Positions 49,747-59,797 of a stretch of 64,000 bases of DNA are shown here, piece after piece. Origin of the DNA: Alphaproteobacteria bacterium (GTDB lineage Bacteria; Pseudomonadota; Alphaproteobacteria; UBA828); NCBI GenBank assembly GCA_963667785.2, contig CAXXMU010000001.1, positions 320,001 through 384,000 on the forward strand, in the 5' to 3' direction. Made by a program: the position numbers and the translations under genes. Positions within the stretch are counted from its first letter, which is position 1. Each line of letters begins with the position of its first letter. A model generated the notes under the pieces. That model was not told the origin of the DNA, did no database searches, and saw only the letters and a list, made by a program, of their open reading frames with translations.

Positions 49747-51173
49747 GCGGAAACGCCTCCCATGGCGCCATCCGGCATGCGCAGGCCGGCACGGGGCCTC
49801 GTCCCGGGCGGGCGGGCATCGCCGGCCAGCACGCCGCCGAGGCCGTTGGCGGAGGCCTCCGTCACGGTCGCCTCCGCGACAGTGCCGATCAGCGCGTCCC
49901 GGCCGTCCACGTGGAGCCACTGCATGTACGGCGTGCGGCCTGCGATCTGGCCGGGATGGCGGCCGCGCCTCTCGAACAGGACGGGCAGCGTGCGGCCGAT
50001 CATGGCGTCGTTGAAGCGCCGCTTCGGCTCGTCGAGCAGGCGTTGCAGCCTGCCGAGCCGCTCGGCCTTGACTTCGTCCGGTACGGCGTCGTCGCGATCT
50101 GCCGCCGGGGTGCCCGGCCGGGGGCTGTACTTGAAGGAGAAGGCCTGCGCGAAACCGACCTCGCGCACCAGCGCCAGCGTCGCCTCGAAGTCCGCCTCGC
50201 TCTCGCCGGGAAAGCCCACGATGAAGTCGCTCGAGAGCGCGATGTCCGGCCGCGCCGCGCGCAACGCCTCGATCAGGCCGCGGTAGTGATCCGCGCCGTG
50301 CCCCCGGTTCATGGCGGCGAGGATGCGGTCCGAGCCCGACTGCACGGGCAGATGCAGGAAGGGCATGAGCTTGGGCTCCGCGCCATGGGCGTCGATCAGC
50401 GCCGGCGTCATGTCGCGCGGATGCGAGGTCGTGTAGCGCAGCCGCTCCAGCTCCTCGATCGCGGCGAGCCGGCCGATCAGCGCCGCCAGGTCGGTCTCGC
50501 CCCCCGCCGCGCCGTCGTCCGCGCCGTGGTAGGCGTTGACGTTCTGCCCGAGCAGCACGATCTCGCGGGCGCCGGCCGCGACGAGGCGGCGGGCCTCGGC
50601 CTCGATGGCAGCCGCCGGGCGCGAGTCCTCGGCGCCCCGCGTATAGGGCACGACGCAGAAGGTGCAGAAGCGATCGCAGCCTTCCTGAATCGTGAGGAAC
50701 GACGAGACGCCGCGCCCCGGCTGCGGGCCCGCCAGCTCCTCCGGCAGGTGGTCGAAGCGCGAATCCGCCGGCATGCTGGTATCGACGGCGGGCCGCCCGG
50801 CGCGGGAGGCCTGCGTCACCATCGCCGGCAGGCGGTGATAGGCCTGCGGCCCCACCACGATATCCACGAAGGGAGCCCGCGCCGCCACCTCGTCGCCCTC
50901 GGCCTGCGCGACGCAGCCGGCGACGGCGAGCAGCATCTCGCCGCCTTTCCGCGCGCGCGCCTGCTTCAGCGCGCGCAAGCGCCCGAGCTCGGAATAGACC
51001 TTCTCCGCGGCCTTCTCGCGGATGTGGCAGGTGTTGAGAACGACCAGATCGGCGTCGTCGGGCTCCGTCGTCGTCATGTACCCGAGCGGCGCCAGGACAT
51101 CCGCCATGCGCGCGGAGTCGTAGACGTTCATCTGGCAGCCGAAGGTCTTGACGTAGAGCTTCTTTTTCGCCAC
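49743..51173 (-). CDS. miaB: tRNA methylthiotransferase MiaB
   Basis: [26 protein letters not shown], radical SAM motif [21 protein letters not shown] domain. Confidence 0.97.
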   Translation of the reverse strand: MAKKKLYVKTFGCQMNVYDSARMADVLAPLGYMTTTEPDDADLVVLNTCHIREKAAEKVYSELGRLRALKQARARKGGEMLLAVAGCVAQAEGDEVAARAPFVDIVVGPQAYHRLPAMVTQASRAGRPAVDTSMPADSRFDHLPEELAGPQPGRGVSSFLTIQEGCDRFCTFCVVPYTRGAEDSRPAAAIEAEARRLVAAGAREIVLLGQNVNAYHGADDGAAGGETDLAALIGRLAAIEELERLRYTTSHPRDMTPALIDAHGAEPKLMPFLHLPVQSGSDRILAAMNRGHGADHYRGLIEALRAARPDIALSSDFIVGFPGESEADFEATLALVREVGFAQAFSFKYSPRPGTPAADRDDAVPDEVKAERLGRLQRLLDEPKRRFNDAMIGRTLPVLFERRGRHPGQIAGRTPYMQWLHVDGRDALIGTVAEATVTEASANGLGGVLAGDARPPGTRPRAGLRMPDGAMGGVSA

Positions 51174-51255
51174 TGCCTCGCCGCGCGGCGGAGCCTCCCC
51201 GGTGATCGCGCGGTGCGCCAATCGCGCCGCTACCCGCCCCGCTCGCAGGCCGTCG

Positions 51256-51283
51256 ACCCTAGCACCCGCCCTGCCCCTGTCAA
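51256..51283 (-). promoter_or_regulatory. Putative sigma70 promoter of the miaB operon
   Basis: TTGACA-N16-TAGGGT (GCTA-type alphaproteobacterial -10). Confidence 0.5.
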
Positions 51284-51328
51284 GCAGGCGCCGCTTCGGA
51301 TTCCTCGGTCGCCGGGCGGTGTGCGACT

Positions 51329-52384
51329 TCAGAGCGCCTGTGCGATGGCCGCGCCGACGTCCGAGGTCGACGCGCTGCCACCGAGATCGGGAGTCAGCGG
51401 GGCGCCGCCGTCCAGCACCCTCTCGATGGCGCCCTCGATGGCCCGCGCGGCATCGGCGTGGCCGAGATGGTCGACCATCATGGCGCCGGTCCAGATCATG
51501 GCCACCGGGTTGGCGATGGCGCGGCCGGCGATGTCCGGCGCGGACCCGTGCACCGGCTCGAACATGGAGGGGAGCTTGCGCTCCGGATTGAGGTTGGCGG
51601 CGGGCGCGAGCCCCATGCCGCCGGCCACCGCGGCGCCGAGGTCGGAGAGGATGTCGCCGAAGAGATTGCTGCCCACCACCACGTCGAACCAGTCGGGATG
51701 GGCCACCAAGTGGGCGCTCAGGATGTCGATGTGGTAGCTCTCGGTCGCGACGTCCGGGTAGTCGGCGGCGATGGCGGCGAAGCGCTCGTCCCAATAGGGC
51801 ATGGTGTGGATGATGCCGTTGGACTTGGTGGCCGAGGTCACCCGGCCTTGCCGCCTGCGCGCGAGCTCGAAGGCATACCGCATCACCCGGTCAACGCCCT
51901 GGCGGGTGAAGACGCTCTCCTGCACCACCGCCTCCTGCTCGGTGCCGGCGTAGATGCGCCCGCCCATCTCCGAGTACTCGCCCTCGTTGTTCTCGCGGAC
52001 GATGACGAAGTCGATGTCGGCGGGGCTGCGGTCCGCGAGCGGCGTGGAGACCCCCTTGAGCAGCTTGATCGGCCGCAGGTTGACGTATTGCCGGAAGGCC
52101 CGGCGCAGCGGGATCAGGAGGCCCCACAGCGAGACGTGGTCCGGCACGCCGGGAAAGCCCACCGCGCCCAGCAGGATCGCGTCGAACGGGCGCAGCACCT
52201 CCATGCCGTCCTCCGGCATCATCCGGCCGGTTTTGCCGTAGGTCTCGCAGCTCCAGTCGAAGTGCTGCCAGTCGAAGCCGATGTCGAAGCGCCGGCCAGC
52301 GGCCTCCAGCACCCGCATGGCCTCGGGCATGACCTCCTTGCCGATGCCGTCGCCGGGAATCACCGCGATCCGATAATGCGCCAT
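51329..52384 (-). CDS. Tartrate dehydrogenase / D-malate dehydrogenase (decarboxylating)
   Basis: [59 protein letters not shown]. Confidence 0.92.
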   Translation of the reverse strand: MAHYRIAVIPGDGIGKEVMPEAMRVLEAAGRRFDIGFDWQHFDWSCETYGKTGRMMPEDGMEVLRPFDAILLGAVGFPGVPDHVSLWGLLIPLRRAFRQYVNLRPIKLLKGVSTPLADRSPADIDFVIVRENNEGEYSEMGGRIYAGTEQEAVVQESVFTRQGVDRVMRYAFELARRRQGRVTSATKSNGIIHTMPYWDERFAAIAADYPDVATESYHIDILSAHLVAHPDWFDVVVGSNLFGDILSDLGAAVAGGMGLAPAANLNPERKLPSMFEPVHGSAPDIAGRAIANPVAMIWTGAMMVDHLGHADAARAIEGAIERVLDGGAPLTPDLGGSASTSDVGAAIAQAL

Positions 52385-52492
52385 GGGCTGGGCCTCCGCT
52401 CGCCGGCGGTCGACCCTGGCCGGCGCCGGCATGCTAGCCGAAACGCCCCGGCCCGGCGAGAGCGAGCGCGGGGAAGGGCCGCGACACGGCAT

Positions 52493-52520
52493 TTGACTCT
52501 GGCGCGGGCGCGGTGGTAAT
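52493..52520 (+). promoter_or_regulatory. Putative promoter of the rpsM (alpha) operon
   Basis: TTGACT-N16-GGTAAT about 65 nt upstream of rpsM. Confidence 0.55.
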
Positions 52521-52586
52521 CAGTCGCGTCCAAGGCGCGCGGCGCGGGTATCGGCGCGCGCCTTTCCCCCATGCGGAGGCTGCAAC

Positions 52587-52955
52587 GTGGCGCGCATCGC
52601 CGGCGTCAACATCCCGACCAACAAGCGGGTCGAGATCGCGTTGACCTACATCCACGGTATCGGGCGTACCAAGGCCCGGCAAATCCGCGAAACGGTCGGC
52701 CTGCCGGCCGAGAAGCGGGTGAGCCAGCTGAGCGACGCCGAGGTCATCCGCATCCGCGAGGTGATCGACCAGAGCTATGTGGTCGAGGGCGACCTCCGCC
52801 GCGACGTCGCGATGAACATCAAGCGGCTGATGGATCTCGGCACCTATCGCGGGCTCAGGCACAGGCGGGGGCTGCCGGTGCGCGGCCAGCGCACCCACAC
52901 CAACGCACGCACGCGCAAGGGCCCGGCCCGGCCGATCGCGGGCAGGAAGAAGTAA
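52587..52955 (+). CDS. rpsM: 30S ribosomal protein S13
   Basis: [49 protein letters not shown]. Confidence 0.99.
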   Translation: MARIAGVNIPTNKRVEIALTYIHGIGRTKARQIRETVGLPAEKRVSQLSDAEVIRIREVIDQSYVVEGDLRRDVAMNIKRLMDLGTYRGLRHRRGLPVRGQRTHTNARTRKGPARPIAGRKK

Positions 52956-52967
52956 GGGGCAGCGAGT

Positions 52968-53354
52968 ATGGCGAAGCCGACGCGCACGCGGCGCCGCGAA
53001 CGGAAGAACATCTCCTCCGGCATCGCCCATGTCAGCGCCACCTTCAACAGCACGATGATCACCATCACCGACGTCCAGGGCAATGCGATCGCTTGGTCGT
53101 CCGCCGGCAGCATGGGCTTTCGCGGCTCGCGCAAGTCGACCCCCTACGCCGCCCAGATGGCGGCCGAGGAGGCCGGCCGCAAGGCTGCCGAGCACGGCGT
53201 CAAGTCGCTCGAAGTCGAGGTCAAGGGTCCCGGGTCCGGGCGCGAATCGGCGCTGCGGGCGCTGCAGAGCGCGGGCTTCGTGATCACCGCGATCCGCGAC
53301 GTGACTCCGATCCCTCACAATGGATGCCGGCCGCCCAAGCGGCGGCGCGTCTGA
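52968..53354 (+). CDS. rpsK: 30S ribosomal protein S11
   Basis: [41 protein letters not shown]. Confidence 0.99.
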   Translation: MAKPTRTRRRERKNISSGIAHVSATFNSTMITITDVQGNAIAWSSAGSMGFRGSRKSTPYAAQMAAEEAGRKAAEHGVKSLEVEVKGPGSGRESALRALQSAGFVITAIRDVTPIPHNGCRPPKRRRV

Positions 53355-53436
53355 CGGCACCGTTCCGGCGCGCGGCCGCGCGCCACATCGCTCATCCGGC
53401 GGGCGAGCAACCCATCACACGGGGACAGTCTGCGTC

Positions 53437-54450
53437 ATGAAGAAGAACTGGCAGGAACTCATCAAGCCGTCCCAGCTTGAGGTGACGCCCGAGGGCGATG
53501 GCTCCCGCCATGCCCGCATCATCGCCGAGCCGCTCGAGCGCGGCTACGGCATGACGCTCGGCAACGCGCTCCGGCGCATCCTGCTGTCGTCGCTCCAGGG
53601 TGCCGCGGTCACGTCGATGCAGATCAACGGCGTGCTGCACGAGTTCTCCTCGCTCCAGGGTGTGCGCGAGGACCTCACCGACATCGTGCTCAACATCAAG
53701 CTGCTCGCGCTGCGCATGCACGGCGAGGGGGCCAGGCGGATGACGCTCACCGCGAGCGGTCCGGGCGAGGTGACGGCGGGGCAGATCCAGGCCGGCCACG
53801 GCATCCAGATCGTCGACCCGAACGTGGTGATCTGCACCCTCGACGAGAACGCCAAGATCGACATGGAGTTCACGGTCGAGACCGGCAAGGGCTACGTCCC
53901 CGCCGCGCAGAACCGGCCCGAGGATGCGCCGATCGGGCTGATCCCGGTGGATGCCCTCTACAGCCCGGTGCGGAAGGTCGCCTACAAGGTGGAAAACACC
54001 CGCGTCGGCCAGCGCACCGACTACGACAAGCTGACCATGCGGGTCGAGACCAACGGCACCGTCTCGCCCGAGGATGCGATCGCGCTCGCCGCCCGTATCC
54101 TCCAGGACCAGCTCCAGCTCTTCATCAACTTCGAGGAGCCGCGCGAGCTGCCGCGCCCGGAAGAGACGGTCGAGCCCGAGTTCAACCCCAACCTGCTGCG
54201 CAAGGTCGACGAGCTCGAGCTGTCGGTCCGCTCGGCCAACTGCCTCAAGAACGACAACATCATCTATATCGGCGACCTGGTGCAGCACACCGAAGCGGAA
54301 ATGCTGCGGACGCCCAATTTCGGACGCAAGTCGCTCAACGAGATCAAGGACGTGCTCGCAGGCATGGGCCTCTATCTCGGCATGGAGCTCACCGACTGGC
54401 CGCCCGAGAACATCGAGGAGCTGGCCAAGAGGCTGGACGAGCCCTACTGA
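53437..54450 (+). CDS. rpoA: RNA polymerase alpha subunit
   Basis: [25 protein letters not shown]...[27 protein letters not shown]. Confidence 0.99.
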   Translation: MKKNWQELIKPSQLEVTPEGDGSRHARIIAEPLERGYGMTLGNALRRILLSSLQGAAVTSMQINGVLHEFSSLQGVREDLTDIVLNIKLLALRMHGEGARRMTLTASGPGEVTAGQIQAGHGIQIVDPNVVICTLDENAKIDMEFTVETGKGYVPAAQNRPEDAPIGLIPVDALYSPVRKVAYKVENTRVGQRTDYDKLTMRVETNGTVSPEDAIALAARILQDQLQLFINFEEPRELPRPEETVEPEFNPNLLRKVDELELSVRSANCLKNDNIIYIGDLVQHTEAEMLRTPNFGRKSLNEIKDVLAGMGLYLGMELTDWPPENIEELAKRLDEPY

Positions 54451-54490
54451 GCGCCGAGCCGGCCCAGCGCACACCGCAGGGAGAGAAGCC

Positions 54491-54925
54491 ATGCGCCATC
54501 GCCATGGCCGCCGCAAGCTGAACCGCACATCGAGCCACCGCCGCGCGATGTTCCGCAACATGGCGACGGCGCTGCTCAAGCACGAGCAGATCGAGACCAC
54601 GCTGCCCAAGGCGAAGGAGCTGCGCGGCGTCGTCGAGCGCATGATCACCCTCGGCAAGCGCGGCACCCTGCATGCGCGCCGGCAGGCGCTCGGCTATCTC
54701 GAGGACGACGCCGTCGTCCGCAAGCTCTTCGACACCCTCGGCCCCCGTTATGCCGAGCGGCCCGGCGGCTACACCCGCGTGCTCAAGGCCGGCTTCCGCT
54801 ACGGCGACGCAGCACCGATGGCGATCATCGAGCTGGTCGACCGGGACGAGGACGAGAAGGGCAAGGATTCGGGCCCCGTGCCGGGCGACGACGAGGAAGA
54901 GATCGAGGAGGAAGAGGCCGCCTGA
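54491..54925 (+). CDS. rplQ: 50S ribosomal protein L17 with acidic C-terminal tail
   Basis: [23 protein letters not shown]-like, RPGGYTR..K...[12 protein letters not shown]. Confidence 0.99.
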   Translation: MRHRHGRRKLNRTSSHRRAMFRNMATALLKHEQIETTLPKAKELRGVVERMITLGKRGTLHARRQALGYLEDDAVVRKLFDTLGPRYAERPGGYTRVLKAGFRYGDAAPMAIIELVDRDEDEKGKDSGPVPGDDEEEIEEEEAA

Positions 54926-54970
54926 GCGGCCCGGTCTCCGTCACGCAGCCGACAACGGGCGACCCCCGGC

Positions 54971-55603
54971 TCAGGTCGGGAATACCTCTCTCAACTCGGC
55001 GACCTGATCCTCCGTAAGCAGCCGCACCGGCGCGCCGCGCAGCAGCAGGTGCAGCTTCGCCGTCTCCTCCAGCTCCTCGGCGGCGTAGACCGCCGCATCC
55101 AGCGCCTTGCCTGCTACCACCGGGCCGTGATTGGCCAGCAGCACCGCGTGATGGGTGCGTGCCATGCCCTCCACGGCGCCGGCCAGCGCGCAATCGCCCG
55201 GCCGGTAGTAGGGGATCAGCGGCAGCCGGCCCACGCGCATCACGTAGTAGGCGGTGAGCGGCGGCAGCACGTCGGCGGGGTCCACGTCGGCGAGGCAGGA
55301 GACGGCGACCGAGCAGGTGCTGTGCAGATGCACGATGGCCCGCGCCTCCGGCCGCGCCCGATACATGGCGAGGTGGAGGAAGGCCTCCTTGGACGGCGCG
55401 TCGCCCGAGAGATGGCTGCCGTCCGGCCCCAGCTTCGCGATGCGCGCGGGCTCCAGCCGGCCGAGGCACGAGTTGGTCGGCGTGACCAGCATGCCGTCCT
55501 CCAGCAGCGCGCTGATGTTCCCCGACGCGCCGCAGCCATAGCCGCGGGTGAAGAGGGATTCACCGTGGCGGGCGATCTGCTCGCGCAGCGCGGCTTCGCT
55601 CAT
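54971..55603 (-). CDS. otnC: 3-oxo-tetronate 4-phosphate decarboxylase (class II aldolase family)
   Basis: SGNIS, VTPTN, PSKE..LH, HLHST, LTAYYVMRVG, LANHGPV, EELEETAKL; coupled to otnK. Confidence 0.88.
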   Translation of the reverse strand: MSEAALREQIARHGESLFTRGYGCGASGNISALLEDGMLVTPTNSCLGRLEPARIAKLGPDGSHLSGDAPSKEAFLHLAMYRARPEARAIVHLHSTCSVAVSCLADVDPADVLPPLTAYYVMRVGRLPLIPYYRPGDCALAGAVEGMARTHHAVLLANHGPVVAGKALDAAVYAAEELEETAKLHLLLRGAPVRLLTEDQVAELREVFPT

Positions 55604-56898
55604 GGCAGGACGGCGAAGGCCCTGGTGAAGAAGTCGGGCCCGCCGAAGTTGCCCGATTTCAGCGCGAGGTGCAGCCTGGGGCGGCCGACGCTCATGGTCC
55701 ACGGCACGCCCGGGTCGATCTCGGCTCCGATGCGGAGCGCCCGGAGGCCCAAGGCGCCCACCACCGCGCCGGCCGTCTCGCCGCCGGCCACCACCAGGCG
55801 GCCGACGCCGGCATCGACCAGGCCGTGCGCGATGCGCGCGAGGCAGCGCTCGATCATCGCGCCGGCCCTCTCGGCCCCGAGCCTCTTCTGGATGCGCCGC
55901 ACCCGTGCCGGGGCGGCGCTCGCGTAGATCAGCACCGGGTCGTCGCCGAGCCGGGGCACGGCCCAGGCGAGCGCGTCTGCCGCGACGCGCCGGCGCCCGG
56001 CGAGCGCGTCGGCATCGACGAAGAAGGAGGGGCACGACGCGCCCATGTGCTCGATCTGCCCAAGCGTCGCCGGAGAGCAGCTGCCGGCGATTACCGCCGC
56101 AAGGCCCGAGGCGGGCGGCAGCGCCGCCGCCTGCCCGGCCTCTCCGAGCAGGCCGCTCTCCCGAAAATTCGCCGGCAGGCCCAGGGCGACGCCGGAGCCG
56201 CCGGTGACGAGCGGCAGGCGGGCCGCAGCCTTGCCGATCGCCGCGAGGTCGCGGTCGGCGATGGCGTCGACCACGGCATGGCGCACGCCGCCCTCGCGCA
56301 GCGCATCGAGCGACCGCCCGATGGCGCGGGCGCCCCGACGCACGGTCTCGTGCCCGACCAGACCCACCGGATGGGGCGTCTGGGCACCGAGAACCGCCAC
56401 GAGATCGGAGTTGCGCATCGGGGTGAGTGGGTGGTCGCGCATGCCCGAGTTCTCGAGCAGCACGTCGCCGACGAAGAGGTGGCCCTTGTAGACCGTCCGC
56501 CCGTTGGTGGGGAAAGCGGGGCAGGCGATGGCGAGAGCGCCGCCGAGATCGTCGAGCAGCGCGTCCGCGACCGGCCCGATGTTGCCGCGCGGCGTCGAAT
56601 CGAAGGTCGAGCAGTACTTGAAGAAGATCTGGCGCGCCCCGCCCTGCCGCAGCCAGGCCAGCGCCGAGCGGGACTCGCGCACGGCCCTCGCAGGCGGCAC
56701 CGTGCGCGACTTGAGTGCCACGACCACCGCGTCGGCGTCGGGAACGGCGGTATCGGCGCGGGGGACGCCGATCACCTGGACCGTCCGCATGCCGCCGGCA
56801 ACCAGCGTGTTGCAGAGGTCGGTGGCGCCGGTGAGGTCGTCGGCGATGGCACCGAGCAGGAGCCCCGATCCGCGCTCCTTCCCGCCGCGCCGCGCCAT
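55600..56898 (-). CDS. otnK: 3-oxo-tetronate kinase (DUF1537 four-carbon acid sugar kinase)
   Basis: LGAIADDLTGATD, ALKSRT, FKYCSTFDSTPRGNIGPV, AGGETAG, LKSGNFG. Confidence 0.92.
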   Translation of the reverse strand: MARRGGKERGSGLLLGAIADDLTGATDLCNTLVAGGMRTVQVIGVPRADTAVPDADAVVVALKSRTVPPARAVRESRSALAWLRQGGARQIFFKYCSTFDSTPRGNIGPVADALLDDLGGALAIACPAFPTNGRTVYKGHLFVGDVLLENSGMRDHPLTPMRNSDLVAVLGAQTPHPVGLVGHETVRRGARAIGRSLDALREGGVRHAVVDAIADRDLAAIGKAAARLPLVTGGSGVALGLPANFRESGLLGEAGQAAALPPASGLAAVIAGSCSPATLGQIEHMGASCPSFFVDADALAGRRRVAADALAWAVPRLGDDPVLIYASAAPARVRRIQKRLGAERAGAMIERCLARIAHGLVDAGVGRLVVAGGETAGAVVGALGLRALRIGAEIDPGVPWTMSVGRPRLHLALKSGNFGGPDFFTRAFAVLP

Positions 56899-56903
56899 GG
56901 TCC

Positions 56904-58118
56904 TCAGGCGAAGGCCTGAATGCCGGTCTGCGCCCGCCCGAGGATCAGGGCGTGGACGTCGTGCGTGCCCTCGTAGGTGTTGACCGACTCGAGGTTCATG
57001 ACGTGGCGGATCACGTGGAACTCGTCGCTGATGCCGTTGCCGCCGTGCATGTCGCGGGCGGTGCGCGCGATCTCGAGCGCCTTGCCGCAGGAGTTGCGCT
57101 TGATCAGCGAGATCATCTCGGGCGTCGCCCGGCCCTCGTCGAAGAGCCGGCCGACGCGGAGACAGGCCTGCAGGCCGATGGCGATCTCGGTCTGCATGTC
57201 GGCGAGCTTCTTCTGGATGAGCTGGGTGGCCGCGAGCGGCCGGCCGAACTGCTTGCGGTCCAGCGTGTAGTCGCGGGCGGCCCGCCAGCAGAACTCGGCG
57301 GCGCCGAGTGCACCCCAGCCTATGCCGTAGCGTGCCCGGTTGAGGCAGCGGAAGGGGCCCGAGAGCCCGCTCGCGCCGGGCAGCTCGTTCTCCGCCGGCA
57401 CGAACACCTCGTCCATCTGGATCATGCCGGTGACCGAGGCGCGCAGCGAGAACTTGCCCTCGATCTTGGGCGCCGCCAGCCCCTTCATGCCCTTCTCGAG
57501 CAGATAGCCCCGGATCGTGCCCTCGTCGTTCTTCGCCCAGACGAGGAACACGTCGGCGAGCGGCGAGTTGGAGATCCAGTTCTTCGCGCCCGAGAGGAGG
57601 AAGCCGCCGTCGACCGAGCGGGCGCGCGTCGTCATGCTGCCGGGGTCGGAGCCGGAATCCGGCTCGGTCAGCCCGAAGCAGCCGACCGCCTCGCCGGCAG
57701 CCAGCCGCGGCAGCCAGGTCTCCTTCTGCGCCTCGGTGCCGTAGGCGTCGATCGGATACATCACCAGGCTGGACTGCACGCTCATCGCCGAGCGGTAGCC
57801 GGAATCCACCGCCTCGATCTCGCGCGCGGCAAGGCCGTAGCAGACGTAGCTGACGCCCGCGCAGCCATGGCCGCGGATGGTGGAGCCCAGCAGGCCGAGG
57901 GCGCCCATCTCGTTCATGATCTCGCGGTCGAAGCGCTCGTGCCGGTTCGCCTCGATGACGCGCGGCATCAGCTTCTCGCGGGCGTAGGCGCGGGCGGTCT
58001 CGCGCACCAGGCGCTCGTCCTCGCCGAGTTGGTCGTCGAGCAGGAACGGATCGTCCCACTGGAAGACCGGCTTCGTGCGGGGCGGAGCGGCCTTGGCGGC
58101 CGCGGCGGTTTGGCCCAT
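56904..58118 (-). CDS. gcdH: Glutaryl-CoA dehydrogenase
   Basis: [65 protein letters not shown]. Confidence 0.95.
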   Translation of the reverse strand: MGQTAAAAKAAPPRTKPVFQWDDPFLLDDQLGEDERLVRETARAYAREKLMPRVIEANRHERFDREIMNEMGALGLLGSTIRGHGCAGVSYVCYGLAAREIEAVDSGYRSAMSVQSSLVMYPIDAYGTEAQKETWLPRLAAGEAVGCFGLTEPDSGSDPGSMTTRARSVDGGFLLSGAKNWISNSPLADVFLVWAKNDEGTIRGYLLEKGMKGLAAPKIEGKFSLRASVTGMIQMDEVFVPAENELPGASGLSGPFRCLNRARYGIGWGALGAAEFCWRAARDYTLDRKQFGRPLAATQLIQKKLADMQTEIAIGLQACLRVGRLFDEGRATPEMISLIKRNSCGKALEIARTARDMHGGNGISDEFHVIRHVMNLESVNTYEGTHDVHALILGRAQTGIQAFA

Positions 58119-58219
58119 GCTTCCCTCCCGAGCGATGCGCCGTTCTAGCATTCGGGCCGAGGCGCACCAAGGCCGCCCCGCGCCGCTGCCACAACCGCGA
58201 TCCGAGAGAGGCGCCACCG

Positions 58220-59161
58220 ATGCCCGTCGATCCGCGCGCTGCGGAGAAGCCCGTCGCCGACGTCCTCCCGAGCCCGGTCACCATCGCGATGCTCTTCGCC
58301 CTCGGGCTCTCGTTCGCGCTGGCGATATCCCTCAACCGCTTCGCGGCGGACGGCGGCGTGCCCTTCCTGCCCTACGTGTTCTGGCAGTCGTTCGGCGGGG
58401 GTGTCGCGCTCATGCTCGTGGCCGCCGCCCTGCGCCGCCTGCCGCCGATCGACCTCCCCCATGTCCGCATCTTTCTCTCGACCGGGGCGCTCAACCTCTC
58501 CTTCCCCTACATGCTGCTCGCCTATCTCGCGCCGAAGGTGCCGGCGAGCCTGCTCACGCTCGGGCTCGCGCTGGTGCCGGTGATGATCTATGCGCTGGCG
58601 CTGACGCTCCGGCAGGAGCGGTTCCACACCCTTCGCTTCGGCGGCATTCTGCTGGGGCTGGCCGGCATCCTTCTGGTGCTGGTGCCGCAGGCGAGCCTGC
58701 CGGCGCCCGGCATGGCCGGCTGGGTGGCGCTCGGCCTGGTGCCGTCGCTCTCCTATGCGGTCAACGCGGTGCTGGTCGCGCGCTGGCGGCCGCAGCAGAC
58801 GGGCTCGCTGCCACTCGCCGGCGGCCTGATGCTGGCGTCTGCCGGCTACGTCCTCATCGTGATGGCCGCAAGCGGGGAGTGGTGGGCCTTCGGCGGCGCC
58901 TTCGGGATCGGCCACTGGGCCACCATCGGCGCGATGGCCAACAACTGCGTGTCGTTCTATCTGGTGTTCGAGGTGATCAGGCGCGCCGGCCCGGTGATCT
59001 TCTCGACCGTCAACTACGTGGCCACGCTCTCGGGCATGGGGTTCGGCATGTGGTTCTTCGGCGATGCCCCGTCGGCGTGGATCTGGGGTGCGGTCGTGCT
59101 GATGTTCGCCGGGCTCTTCCTCGTCACCACCACCGGCCGCAGGGATGGTGCGACGCGCTAG
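58220..59161 (+). CDS. DMT/EamA family transporter
   Basis: About 10 hydrophobic helices; ERF...RFGG..LG..G, RRAGPV..S.VNY, FFGD. Confidence 0.88.
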   Translation: MPVDPRAAEKPVADVLPSPVTIAMLFALGLSFALAISLNRFAADGGVPFLPYVFWQSFGGGVALMLVAAALRRLPPIDLPHVRIFLSTGALNLSFPYMLLAYLAPKVPASLLTLGLALVPVMIYALALTLRQERFHTLRFGGILLGLAGILLVLVPQASLPAPGMAGWVALGLVPSLSYAVNAVLVARWRPQQTGSLPLAGGLMLASAGYVLIVMAASGEWWAFGGAFGIGHWATIGAMANNCVSFYLVFEVIRRAGPVIFSTVNYVATLSGMGFGMWFFGDAPSAWIWGAVVLMFAGLFLVTTTGRRDGATR

Positions 59162-59167
59162 CGCGGC

Positions 59168-59659
59168 TCAGCCGACGCCGCCTCCGGCGGATGACGCGCC
59201 TTCGCTGCCGGAGGCGGAGGTGCCGCCTTCTGCGGTGTCGCCCCGTCTCCGCTTCTGGCCGAGGCCGATCTGCTTCGCGAATTCCGAGCGCCGTCGCGCG
59301 TAGTTGGGCGCGACCATCGGGTAGTCGGGGTCGAGCCCCCATTTCGCCCGGTATTCGTCAGGGGTCATGCCGTAGGTCGTGCGCAGATGCCGCTTCAGCA
59401 TCTTCAGCTCGCGGCCGTCCTCGAGGCAGATCAGGTAGTCCGGCGTGATCGACTTCTTGATCGGCACGGCGGGCTTCGGCGGCGGCGCGGCGGCGGCCTC
59501 GCCGGCCTGCGCCTGCCGCAAGGACGCATGAACAGTACGAATGACTTCCGCAAGCTCCGTAGGGGCCACTGTATTATTGCCGACATAGGCCGTCACGACA
59601 TCGGCAGTCATACGTAACAGATCATGGTCAGAGATCGGCGCTTCTGTCTGGTTACTCAT
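59168..59659 (-). CDS. mucR: Ros/MucR family transcriptional regulator
   Basis: TADVV.AYV.NN, PAVPIKKSITPDYLICLEDG..LKMLKRHL, YRAKWGL..DYPMVAPNY..RS..AK.IGLG. Confidence 0.95.
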   Translation of the reverse strand: MSNQTEAPISDHDLLRMTADVVTAYVGNNTVAPTELAEVIRTVHASLRQAQAGEAAAAPPPKPAVPIKKSITPDYLICLEDGRELKMLKRHLRTTYGMTPDEYRAKWGLDPDYPMVAPNYARRRSEFAKQIGLGQKRRRGDTAEGGTSASGSEGASSAGGGVG

Positions 59660-59700
59660 TTCAGTTGCTTTATCGTTGACGAGTAGATAGTTGACCTAAC

Positions 59701-59729
59701 TATATCGGTGAAACGACAAGAAATGTCAA
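59701..59729 (-). promoter_or_regulatory. Putative mucR promoter within an AT-rich island
   Basis: TTGACA-N17-GATATA on the minus strand; adjacent palindrome ATAGTT-GACCT-AACTAT. Confidence 0.5.
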
Positions 59730-59797
59730 ACGCTACCTTTCATCTCTAGTCTTCAATACAGTCAACGGACCGTCCCCACCGCTCCGGAGTTCCCGCC

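Noticed and set aside
59660-59797. AT-rich region as a replication origin
   Set aside because: No DnaA boxes seen and no origin-linked genes; explained by the mucR promoter
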